Shown here piece by piece: positions 1 to 11,800 of a stretch of 64,000 nt of DNA. Source of the DNA: Tubulanus polymorphus (taxonomy: Eukaryota > Animalia > Nemertea); assembly GCF_964204645.1 (NCBI RefSeq), contig NC_134029.1:22500950-22564949 (forward strand), read 5' to 3'. The notes under the pieces are model-generated. The model was given only the letters and a program-made list of their open reading frames with translations, ran no database searches and was not told where the DNA came from. The translations under genes were made by a program, and so were the position numbers. Position 1 is the first letter of the stretch. The number at the start of each line of letters is the position of its first letter.

Positions 1-3000
1 AACTGAAAGCTGTTGTTATCATTAGGAATAGAACAAAAAATATCGCGCGATCAATCATAGAGGTGTCAATGAACTTAAAATCTACGGCGGAAAAGAAACA
101 ACATCAGGGATATTGTTTTCTTGTTCAGGTAAGCAAACTTTATGAGCGCTACAACTGTTCGGTGTATGTAATATACCTTGAATATAAGAGCATCGACTAA
201 CAAATCATGTTGTAAAAAGTAGTGCTTCAGTTGTTCGTAGTACAGCCGATCCTGAAATGAAACAGTTACAAATCTATTTATTAGTTATTTTTTTCAAGCC
301 TTTTCCGCTTTAGATACCACAGTACCACACGGGCACGCTCCTAACAAGGTTTTTATGTGATGCCTTGATTCAAGGTGATTATTAACCCCACATCATTGAG
401 GAGTCAGCTAAGGAGTCTTAATAAATTGCCCATGGGCAAAGTGGTTTACCTTGAATAACTGGAGCTCATTTGCCTATGAGAAATCTTTTTAATTCTAGAG
501 TTCTAAGGTCTTCTTTATACTGTACTTTTTCTGTCAAAGAAGGAGTCTTAAAAACTCTGATTTCACAGTGAATTCCAACCTACCAAAATCTGAACACTCT
601 GATCAAAATCTGGCACTCCTGCCTCCTTTACTTTTACAAAAGACTGCACAGTTTCAGTGCTCCTATTTAGATAACATTGTGTTGCAAAAATTAAGAGAAA
701 TATTCTTTCAAAAAATCGATCCCAGACAAAAATAGATAGACCAGGGATTAATTAATAAGCTAGAATTTCAGGGTGACTTTGATGACAGTACAAGCACATA
801 CATGGCTTATATTATAGGGAAAACAGGAGACTTGGATTCAATCCCGAAATTGGTAGACAGACAAAATTGACAGACAACTGCTGTAGAGATGCATATCTGA
901 AATGAACCAACTTGAAAGTCCGATAATCTCACTTTTCGCAGCTCGATAAAAGCAGAAAATGATGATGAAAATCTACGACATCGTGACAGCGATAGATCAC
1001 GACGACGACGGCGCTCATGAGCGATGATTTTTCAGATATTTTCGAGGCGCCCCCGACGACATACCGGAATGATTCATAGTTTTCCCAAATGTCAGAAACC
1101 GAAAAAATTGTTTTTACGGAATAGAACGAAGATAGCGCCAGATCAAACGCGGTTTCGATCGATATTTACGAGCCGCGTAAAACGACTTGATTACAGCTGG
1201 TTATTCAATAACAACACTATCAATCCGAGGGAACGCGTATTTTTAACCGTAAAAATGATATCACCCACTGACCGAGACGATGACACGAAAACAGAGCAAT
1301 CATTTTTTCACGGATGTAATCATAGCGAAAACATTCAGCAAATCATTTCTGGTTTTATGAAAGAATGAGAGAATTGTAGTTGGATATTATTACCCTGGGA
1401 CGCGGGTTAATCGGTGCACTATCCTTCGCACGATCAATTGATATTTCGCAACTTCAAATTCATCATTGCCGGTGATCGATCACGACTGTTAGTGATATGG
1501 GCTCGCCAACGGCAAAATAAGGTTTATGACTAGGGATTGGCCTGCAGCACATATAGACACAAAAGGAGACAAGCGATGGTTACGAGATGGTATAAATTTT
1601 ACACAACATTTAACAATTTCATCTATGAATAATGAATGAAAAGTATTCCTTCATTCGCCGAGTTTCTTCAGCCGGGATTTAAATACTCAATGAATACAAA
1701 GCGTTTTTTAAGCGAGATAAACTTCTGAAAGCCTTTCGCGGTTTGTTGTTTGAATAAAAAACCCTAACCGCGTCTAGTTTCGGCTTAGCTCAGCGAAAAA
1801 GATTTTTTTTCGGTTTCCGGCGAAGAGTAACGCAAATTTCTATCGACTGAAGCCGACAAGTTCACGCCGCGAATGTGACTAAATATTTCAGCTTCATTCG
1901 TGGACAAGGGTGATAAATTATTTCTGTTTTCATGCTGAAGTCGGTGTCTGAAATGAAATTTTTCTGAATTATAGAATTATAGAAACCGTTGCGTAGTGAA
2001 GAAAGCGCTAGCGTGAGAAATCGGGTTCTATTAAATAACGAAATTGGACAAGTAACCCGTGGTTGATAACCAGTTATTTAGTGGATTTCCAAGCAATAAC
2101 CGTTTCGACATTTCACCGTTAATGTACGTTTTACTTGACTAATGGCCGATTTAATAGAAATTCTGCATTTTAATTCACGCATTTCCTACGGCTACCCCGC
2201 AGTCTCCACAACGCCAGATTTACATATAAACTTCTGAAAAGTAATGATAATTCACGCGTGAAATAGTAAAACGCCTAAAGCGGCCCTGAAATCCGGCGCG
2301 AGCGTAGAGGTTCATTTCGATTGGGGGTAAGACAATTAGTTATGAAGAAAGATAAAAAGGATCGAATTATGACAAGTGGATGAGAGCGAGTTTAATGATA
2401 TCCACCTGTTCAATACCCGGTTAAACTAATCAATTATAAACAAGAGAATGAATATTATATATTCATACTAGATAAAGTTCGTCTGATCGTGACGAACTGC
2501 ATTTAATCTAATAATAACTAAACAAAGATGAGAATAACAGAACAAATGAAAACTAGCTTCAACCGAGACGGGAAACGTACCGGTATAGAGTTTTCGATCT
2601 GACACGCTCGAATTCAAACTGACAGAAAATGTCAACTCGAATTTGTCAGATCGTTACGAATAAACCGCGTCGATCAAAAGACGTATCGAACGGCGATCGA
2701 ATGAAGTCCGGTTTATATTCGTCGAGCTGATCGCGTGGCGCGGGCCGGATCTCCATCTATCCGATTTCCTATTCGAGGAGATGAGTGAAATAGAATGCGA
2801 CTGCCACGTATTCGATTATGACAATCTTATTTACTTGTTGCCGCGTCAACGAAATGGATTCAACGTCTGACGACGACGACAACAAAATTCACGAAATGAA
2901 ATAAACGTAAAAGCGGATTTCGATATCGCTGGCGAATGAGTCTGTCGAGACCCGGCGTGTGATCCGAGTGAAAACAATGCCGTAAGCGGAATCGACGAAG

Positions 3001-3609
3001 AATCAACAGCGAATCGACGATGAAATGCTTTTTCTCGAAGACATGGAATATTCATCAGACACATTCGTACCGACAAGTTTGTAACACCGCCTGCGAACTT
3101 GTTCGTCGATTTCTTACGATAAATCTATGCGGAACTAGCGGGCGTGAGAAGGTCAGACCTACGGCAATAAGGAACGAAAGTAATTTGGGCGTCATATTGA
3201 AAACTGAGTCTCGAGGTGCAGTCGTGGAAAAGCTATCCGCGAAGTATAGCCCTTTCGAAGATAATCCCTTCATCCGACGTTAGTCTCACCAGAAACGAGT
3301 CTCTTCGCATGATACAACAGTTTCATCATCAGACGGCATAAAAAACTCGTAAGGCCGAGTGTCAGCATTAAATCATTTGGAACAATTCCAGACCGACAAT
3401 GCAACCGGAGAAATGATCAATGACGATCCAGACGCAGCAGCCTGATCTGCGTCTGACATTTTGATAGATTGATTGACCAGCAACAAAACCTGATCAGTTC
3501 AATCTACCATAAAATGAGCCGATGATCACAAACGGTGGAACGGTTGATCAAGTATTTTCTCTACCTTTTGCAGACACCGGTGAAGATTTCGGTCGCAGTG
3601 CTTGGCATA

Positions 3610-3853
3610 CAGGTGCGGATCTAAGAAATTTTGAAGGCCAGGGAGCGAAGATAAAGCATTTTCAGATAAAGCTGCCATTCCGTAATCGGGGTCCCACCCT
3701 CGGTATTAGGTATTTTCTAAGAAATAATCGGGATATTTGCAACTTCCTAAGGGGTTGAGTGTCAAACTTGCAGGGTTTTAATGATCTTTCTCTTGACGAA
3801 AAGGGCAACCTCAACGGGAAGGCAAGGTTCCGGAGCCCCTAAATCCGCGCCTG
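3610..3853. mobile_element. Putative non-autonomous hAT-like MITE (244 bp)
   Basis: Left end CAGGTGCGGATCTA versus reverse complement of right end CAGGCGCGGATTTA (12/14 match); CAGG...CCTG termini; no ORF; no clear target-site duplication. Confidence 0.45.
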
Positions 3854-4651
3854 ATATATCCTGTAACTCTGCGAAATTTAGCCCAGCGATCAAATTCATG
3901 CACTGGCAACTTGTTATTCGCATTACAAAGGGTAAATTGATCATAACAAGGTCAACAGAGCCTTAATTGCAGTGTTAATCATTAACGCCTGTTGTAAGGT
4001 GATAATCAGTGGATTTCATGTATACGGCATCTCACATTAGACATTAGAGAATATTCTTTATTTTATCAGAGAAATTTCCTTCTAATGAAAGCTCAAGACC
4101 TCAAACGGTCTGAGAACACATCAGCCGCAACGCCGGCGGGGCTTTATGCGAAAACTTGTCTGGTTTCTTTGTCGCGCGAAAAACAGCATCATCGCTAGTT
4201 TTTAAAATTCACGCGCAGTGAAGAATAAGAAAACCAAAAATCAAGTTCTAACGATCACAGGTCTAGAGGAAGCCGTAGTACTACGTTTGTGGGCTACGAT
4301 AAAAATCCGTATTAAGGATAATCTTTTTGGTGTATTTTCGTGGCTGCCGACATCAAATAATCGATTGAGGTTCGAATTTTCCAGTCGAGACCACCTCATC
4401 CGGATCGGTTGAATCCAAATGTTGCCGTAACGTGGGGATCATTCCCAATCTGTAATATGATCTTATTCCCAAATAAATAGGCTACCGTATATTTTAAGTA
4501 AATAGTAACGAAATATTCTCAGGGTGCATCAATTACCGTGAATATATTTCAAATAATACAACTCTAGTAATAACACCAGTATTATTTCTATGTAATTTTG
4601 GCTTCAGTTTATGTTAGTTACACTTAATCGTAACTGATTCATATTCGAGTT

Positions 4652-4699
4652 GTAAACCTGAAGAGGATGTAATGTGTGAACATCGAAATTGATTGTTAC
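4652..4699 (+). ncRNA. Minimal type I hammerhead ribozyme motif (Penelope-like element type)
   Basis: gtaaac-CTGAAGA-g-[gatgt..acatc stem II]-GAAA-t-tg-ATT-gttac: both conserved core boxes, 5-bp stem II, very short stem III, AUU cleavage triplet, stem I aac/gtt; AATAAA follows. Confidence 0.55.
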
Positions 4700-5234
4700 G
4701 TAAAATAAAGCATCGTCGTATATATTTATCAAAATTGATTGCTGCATTTTCATGGATCCTCAAATGCGCGCGAAATCTCCACTAAAAAGTGTATATTCTA
4801 ATTACCTGAGGCTCGAGTTTAGTAATGCATATTTATGAACACTTACGATTTCATCTACCGTAACACCGAGAATTTGACTCCATATTTCTGCTCGGTGCGA
4901 CGTGTTGCAGCCTTTCTTTGCGAATTCCTGCGCCACGGGTCCGTGGTTATGGGCAATAACTAGAAATGAAATTCGAATAAAAAATCAGATCGTTTATCAA
5001 ATACCGTTCATTCCGAGGCGAGTTCTTCGGCAAAGCTTTTTGTTTTTATACCTTTCTTTGCGAGCTTTGATCGTTCCGATTCGAACAATTCTTGCGGGAT
5101 AAACGAGCAATCATCAACCCCCGCCTGACATTGATTTATAGACATTTCGCTGTACTGCAGTCTCTGAAACAACAACAAGACGATCATTATTCAATAGATA
5201 TCGCCGAATTTAGTAAAGTGACCTCAGTTGATCC

Positions 5235-5267
5235 GATCAGGGAGGTGGGAGTGTGACCTCCCTGATC
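5235..5267. repeat. Short perfect inverted repeat (12-bp arms, 9-nt loop)
   Basis: gatcagggaggt-gggagtgtg-acctccctgatc. Confidence 0.7.
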
Positions 5268-5463
5268 CGAAGGAGTACTCTAAAGATCTGGATATTGTAC
5301 GGGCGAATAATATGCATTTACAGAACTGGGACTAAGTGGATCGCATCAGATTTCGCTTATGTTCGTGACACGGAAAAAATCCCTCACTACGTTGACCAGA
5401 ATACCTGATCACTGTAGGAGTTTTCACCGAAAATCAGAGTCATTTTACATTAGAAATAGTAGT

Positions 5464-5613
5464 TTAATTGAAAATGAACTAGAAATCATTCTGATTTTGA
5501 GAGTATTTTTGGGAATGGTTGAAAGTTAAACTACTCTCTTAATTGAAAATGAACTAGAAATCATTCTGATTTTGAGAGTATTTTTGGGAATGGTTGAAAG
5601 TAAAACTACTCTC
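5464..5613. repeat. Tandem duplication, 2 x 75 bp
   Basis: ttaattgaaaatgaactagaaatcattctgattttgagagtatttttgggaatggttgaaagt(t/a)aaactactctc repeated at 5464 and 5539, one mismatch. Confidence 0.9.
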
Positions 5614-6606
5614 AAATAGTAGTTGTTGTCACGTCTGTTCAGGTGACGAGGAAAGGAGTAGAGAAAGGTACAGCTACATGATCAACAGTGAATCGAGCCG
5701 AGAACCACTGAATTCATGAATCTGAATGGATAAAATGCTCTCTGTTCCCACAGTTTTAATTGGAATTGATATGAAAATGAAACACGTCAGTCTAAACGGA
5801 TTACCGCACGGAAATCATGAACGAATTTTCATAGCAAAACAGACTCGTTAGTTTATATCCCTTCGATCCCTGCAGGCGACTTTAAACCGAGACGCTTCAT
5901 TCAGACGTCATCGATACAAAACTGATTTCATATTTCTATCGATGAGATTTGTTTATCACGTGGAGGAATATGTCCTTTAATACAACACGAGCTAATTCAA
6001 ATCCTGAATTATATGGCAAAATATGTGTGATCATGCGCATAGGCTTTTGCTTGAAAATTAAAATTGATGGGATTTGCTATCGTTTGAATTCTAGACCAAA
6101 ATATAAAGCCTAGTTCGAAAGAAATAACTATAAAGTCTTTGCAAATCTTACAGTATAAGAAATCTCAGTTGATTAAGCGAAAATTTCCGGGACTTCAGTT
6201 AATTGTTCGAAGTTTTCTATGGCTCTGCATTTGATCGCAACGAGGTTCTATTCCTAATCAGACTATACGTTTCAACCGGCGACCTTTCAAGGTCTTCTAC
6301 AAATTACTGCAATCGATAATAGAACGAATATCAGTCGGAGAGAACAACAAAACCGAGAAAAACAATTCCATAAGAAAATCAGAGCCATTTGAAAAGTTTT
6401 CCGACAATCGATTTAAAAAATTTTCTTTGTAATTAAGAATCTTAGATCTTCATCCGTCGACAAACAATTCATAGCTTGCGGCAGAGTAATCTATTTATAA
6501 AAATAAGATCGTTTAGAGTTCAGATCCGTTTGCATCACTTATCTTGAGACAGAACCTATACCAGCTACAAATACAATATATATATATATCACCGAAATAA
6601 GTGATT

Positions 6607-6765
6607 CACACCTGACGATGGTCTTTAGAAAGTTTCTAAAATGTTGTGTATTTTGGTTTTAATTTCTTGAATAATAAAACTTGATTTTAATCTTATAAAT
6701 TTTGTATATCGTGTGGGTTTTATACTTCGGATCTGTTCTCCACGTCAGAGTTTGATTATTCTACC
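6607..6765 (+). mobile_element. Decayed Penelope-like element terminus (degenerate hammerhead plus conserved tail)
   Basis: cacac-CTGACGA...(t)AAA-atGTT-gtgt with the GAAA box mutated; downstream tail ttttggttttaattt..ttgaataataaaa..cttataaattttgtatat recurs at ~59637-59730. Confidence 0.45.
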
Positions 6766-7703
6766 GCAATGATCGATTTATTTTCTAATTTGAAAGGTCC
6801 GCGCAGTTTTTCGAAGCCCTCATCATAAAACCGTTATGCGACTAATATTTCAGTTCACCAATACTGAACAGATTTAGATACGGCGTTCATTTTCATAAAG
6901 CGACTCGAGATTTCAAATGAAAAAAAATCAAAACTACTCCAGAAACGACGATGATTCTCATTAAAGGTTGATTTCATATTCGCTTCGTCGAAAGCTTTTT
7001 TCTGTAGTTTTTATTGTTTTCTTTGGAGCTTCTGAGAAAACCGTCGGCTGTACGCGCGATTTAATATCGATTACATAGGGGAAATACACAGCCAGCTGAT
7101 TCTCAAATTTTATCAGAATAATTGAAAAATAGAATTTATTTTTATTGCCAATATCGTTACAGTTGATTCAACCGTATCACGTATCAGCTCGCGGCAGGGC
7201 ACGCATTGATTTCACTAATGATGATAGTTTGAATCGGAACCTTTAAAACCTGGATAATTACGCGTAGTAAGCCCAGGAAATACGCATGTTGTAAAAAACA
7301 TCGGAGACATAAACGACATTCCAGTTTCAGTGATTTCAAAGATTTTTCTTTGACCCGCGCATACTGGTTCAATGTACTTAGTTTGATCTTGTCCAAAATA
7401 TATTTGCAGTAAAAAAACGATACAATGCTGTGTAGTAAGAAAGACTAGTTTAGTAAAAGTAATTCTAAGAAACAAATTAACTGAACGTGTTTTATCATCA
7501 TTTAATGATGGTACCTGCTCTTCAACTGGTTTCGAGTGCCTTTAATTGTGGAAATTTAAAATCTGTATTATACGGGGTTATGCACTTAAATCATAGTTTT
7601 TTTTATGAATAATAGTTAATTTGTAGAACTACAGATTATCTGTTATCATATCCATAATTCGTTATCAATACTCTGCAAAATCATAAAAACATTTTCTACT
7701 CAC

Positions 7704-8938
7704 AAGTTCATGAATGTTCTTTATTTTAAGCGGTACTTGAACCACACCCCAGAAATGCTGAAAACTAAGGGAACGAAATAACATTAATGAGAGCACATGA
7801 ATAATACTCTGACGTTGCGTAACATATTTTGCAGAAATACCTCGGTGCATCAGCAAATGTACAGTTAGGGTTTTTCACACCGGCTAAAACCTCTAGAAAG
7901 TCTTTCGGCGCGTACACTGGGCGAAACTTACTTAAATCCACTGAAAATAAATTCAACAGAAATGAAGAGAAATTGTGATAAAATTTCAGTGAATAGAGAT
8001 AACGGTGTTAGCACTTACCGGGCAATTCTTGGCCTAATTCAGTCCATCTACCTAACAAATCTCTTTGCTCCCTTTCAGGTCTCTATAACAAACATGTCAT
8101 TATAATGAGAGCTCATTATGCTACTATAATCATCCAACACGAGAATGAAGAATATAGTCTTGAAATGTGTCCTTTAGCTAGTTGTTTGCACATACTTGAT
8201 TAATGAATTAGTCTCTTTGCCCTTTATGATTTCATAATTCAGAATTCCTGAAGATGAATACTAGGATACAGAGGAAACGTTGCATGAACTACTAAACATT
8301 TCGGACCTTACTTTTCATTCTAATTGTGGGATTTTCATCGATGGTTGTCATCATGCTGTTTCTACTAGAAATCCTTTTCCACAATGCATGGACTAACTTA
8401 GTTACCTTTTTCGCTAATGGAATGTTTAATTCAGTACACATTGAATTGAGACTTTTCAGTATTCGTTTTTCCCAGTTCACTTGCGCTTTTCTCATGTACA
8501 CAAGCGGTTCTTTATAATGTTCAACCGGTATGAGAGGTTGAGGAATCGTCGCGTTTTTCTGCACGCATTTATAAACTTCATTTCGTAGTTTTTTCTCCCA
8601 ACCTGAATAAAAAACCGACGCAGGTGTCGCAGTGAGATGACCGTAACAAGTACAGCGGCGAGCTTTTTAGGATTTGATATTATTACCTGCATTGCTGAGA
8701 GCAGTCTTTACGCCCTGTTTCAGATCGTTCAATTTTAATGACGGTTTCGAGACTTCGAACTGGAAAAGCAAGAACCGCTTTCATTAGCAATTCTGTTTAA
8801 CACCTGTGAAATTCGCATATTCAGCGCGTTACTTACTCTGGCAGCTTTCTGTAATTGTGAATAAATCGGCAGTTTCTGTATATCCTGAACAATCTTTGAT
8901 ATAAGAAGAGTCAGATGTTCCTCGTTTGAAACACTCAT
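7704..8938 (-). CDS. TBC1D19: TBC1 domain family member 19-like, N-terminal six coding exons only (8837-8938, 8687-8759, 8406-8602, 8019-8082, 7841-7940, 7704-7764; 199 codons)
   Basis: All junctions GT-AG with consistent phase. Translation contains KEPLVYMRKAQVNWEKRILKSLNSMCTELNIPLAKK, DLSKFRPVYAPKDFLEVL and GVVQVPLKIKNIHEL, matching the TBC1D19 N-terminus as I recall it. Downstream exons not found. Confidence 0.88.
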
Positions 8939-9199
8939 GTTTCTTAAACGACGTCGGCGAAACTGTTTAAGCGAACTATTAAAAAGAAACCAAAAGATAT
9001 AATTGAACAGGTTAGGTCTTTATCAAAGCAGATGTACAATACTAACTATCTGATAGGGTAGGAGAAACGTGAGAGACGTGTAGACTACTGTTGACCCTCT
9101 ACACTCTATACTGGCTACCCATCTTCTCGACATGGAGACTGCCACACAGAGGTACGAGACCGTGCAATGACTGACTGATTAGGATCCACTGATTGGTGG

Positions 9200-9337
9200 C
9201 ACAGGGACTCGTATCAGAGTTGTAGGTAATGTAAAAACGATAATCTGTTAATCCAATGTCTATATATATACTATATACATTGGATTAAATAGATTATCGT
9301 TTTTACATTACCTACAACTCTGATACGAGTCCCTGTG
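9200..9337. mobile_element. Fold-back MITE-like element (138 bp) in the 5' UTR intron of TBC1D19
   Basis: ~60-bp nearly perfect inverted arms (cacagggactcgtatcagagttgtaggtaatgtaaaaacgataatct... / ...agattatcgtttttacattacctacaactctgatacgagtccctgtg) around a TA-rich spacer; flanks attggtgg/atcggtga may be a decayed 8-bp TSD. Confidence 0.75.
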
Positions 9338-9669
9338 ATCGGTGAGGTTTCTATATTAAAGCATCGTTGATGATAGCACAGTAGTGCGTCAGCAGAGATG
9401 TAGGCTTCTAACTTCTAGGCTAATAAACTAATCAAGGAATAATACCTAACCTAGGTCCTGTCCTATCCTAGGTAATATAAAAATGGGTTTCGACTTTTCT
9501 AAAATTCACACATCAAATTTACCTTCTTATCTTTCATCTGCAAATATAAACCTAAGATCAGGATCAGGGTTTGAACGGTTAAAGATTTCGAAAAAGCAAT
9601 CAAAGAATTTTGACATTTCTCGTTGTTTACTTCCTGCTCCACACGTCCTCTATCGCGCGACACACATTC

Positions 9670-9910
9670 ACATACTTCCCGCCGTCCACTGTAAACCAAT
9701 CAGATTCACGACCACGCCCTGACTGAATTAATCCGATTGGTTTAGCTTTTCGCGGTAAGCCGCTGATTGGCTATTAGAATTTACAGAGATAAGGTTAGGG
9801 ATATTTCACAACCTCACCTTAACCGCAATGCGCTCTGTATCGGTTTCGAATCCCAATGATTGACCGTTCGATATGAGGCCGCCTTTCGCGTGAAATTTGG
9901 CGCGGGCGTA
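9670..9910 (-). promoter_or_regulatory. Putative TBC1D19 promoter with CCAAT boxes and E2F-like sites
   Basis: CCAATC at ~9696, GATTGG at ~9735 and ~9765, TTCCCGCC at ~9676, TTTCGCG and TTTGGCGCGGG at ~9885-9905. Lies upstream of a putative non-coding exon (donor ~9522) and the acceptor preceding 8975. Confidence 0.5.
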
Positions 9911-11052
9911 TCCCATCTATTGTCAACCAAACAATGTTGTTTTTGCATTTTGTGGAAATACTTGCGAGAATACACTCTAATCCAAAATCAGGGGATCAGT
10001 ACACGCGGGGTGTAGTTATAGTTAGAACCGCCCGTAGCTCTGGCACTGAGGCATCTCATTTTGATTTGGGAACTCTTCAATTGTAATTGATTATCAATTA
10101 CAATTAATTCTAGTTACCGAAAAGCCGGGCCTTCTCATCGAGACGTTTTTAAATTTGGCTCGAATTTGTCTAGTATTTCCCACTAGTGCGGCCGATTTAA
10201 TATCATTATTCTCCCCATATCGCGTTACCGCTCGTATTAACCCAGACCTCTCGTAATAATTGCCGCATAACTGTGTTTGTTGCATGAAATAAATCAGCTG
10301 TCAAATGAATAATGATCGTCCTCAAAAAATTGTTTCTAATTACACTACTAACATAGTAGGCCTCCTCATAGGCGCGCTCGCATCAACTCGATGTAAAATG
10401 ATACGGCTGGAACTCGGCAGTTGGTAAGTAAGTAGGCCTATATTGATTCCTCATATTGATGAATCGTGTACGAAAAATAATCGATAGATCAGCGATCAGG
10501 AATCCATCATCTAGAATATCATCTGTTTGACTCTGAAAGGGAGGAAAAAACGTAAGAAGACCTGGCGTTACCATTTTGTTACCGTCGACATGTAGATATT
10601 CCAATCAGTTGATGGGAAAAATGAACTTGATCGATTCGTTGAATGAGCATTCAGTCTCCGTGTCGGGTAATTCTTTCATGGGCCCATTCTGTTGTCACTT
10701 CTCACAATTTCTACATGCTATATATATGCCTATGTGGCAAATATCTGAAAAATGATACTGGGAAAATTTGCGGGCTACGTGCAGAGAAAAACATTTCACG
10801 TCAGACGCTCGTCGATGAAATGTTAATGTAATTTTTCGTGAACGCAACGTCAAGCGGGCCGTTAACGTAACATCGTTACTCGATTAGAGGTCCTGTCTTT
10901 AAATTCACGCATAATCAAACATCTGGCAGGTGCCCGTTTATGAACAAATCATTGACAATTTCGCAATATATCTTCTTGGAAAATTCTCTTTCGCGCCTCG
11001 CTAGGCGTCGGTGACAAAATCCAACCCTTACAGGGAAGAATAAAGCGTTCTG

Positions 11053-11160
11053 GGTCCAGTTCCACAGTTCTGAGTTAAGATTTGACCCCGGGTTAAAACA
11101 TTGAAAATGAACTAACTTTAACTGAGAGTTAACTCTAACTCACAACTGTGGAACTGGTTC
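11053..11160. mobile_element. PIF/Harbinger-like MITE (108 bp)
   Basis: TIR ccagttccacagtt.tgagtta / taactcacaactgtggaactgg; flanked by CTG on both sides (11050-52, 11161-63), the CWG-type TSD of animal Harbingers. Confidence 0.7.
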
Positions 11161-11800
11161 CTGGTCTTACTTGTCAAATTTCTTAAAACTCTACATAAAA
11201 AACTGTAAAACATTATAAATATTATTTTTCGATTTTCTGTACTTTTTAAGCACGATCAATTATAGATAACCACGTGGCTCTTATCGGCTTCGTTGATCTC
11301 GGACAGTCGAATAAAAGGCAGGTCTTACCAAATACGAAATGATTGATCAGATATAGAACGTAATACGCTGAACATCAATCATTTTAGCTTTTTTTAATCA
11401 GTTATTGTATACGTATCGCGCGTGCAAACTGAGTTCGGGATCGATTCTTTATTTATTATGCAACGCAACGTTAATTTTTAACAAAAAAAGAATCAACCGA
11501 CGTCACTTAGCTCGATTGAGCTACCAGGCCATTTTCAGAAAGAAAAACAATACTTGTTTACATGTAAGGTATATACACAATTTCAATTATCAATTGCACG
11601 GTTTAATGAAATGACAGGCAGCAGGAAGTGTTCCTATGGGAGATTACGTTTGATTTGTCATCGTTATTGGAGGTTTTTATTCCAGTGTGTTCCGAGCGAG
11701 GGACGCGACCAAAGTATGGTCGATGCAATATTCATCAGCAGTCTCTATCCAGACATTAAGCGTTTAGATTCACAATCGAGTGCGGTTTTTAAATTCTAAC

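Noticed and set aside
1024-1368. 114-aa plus-strand ORF and other short intergenic or intronic ORFs in the track
   Set aside because: No recognisable domains or supporting exon chains; lengths are compatible with chance.
7445-7480. LICFLELLLLN* as TBC1D19 exon 7
   Set aside because: Only superficial similarity to the expected sequence, weak acceptor and an immediate stop.
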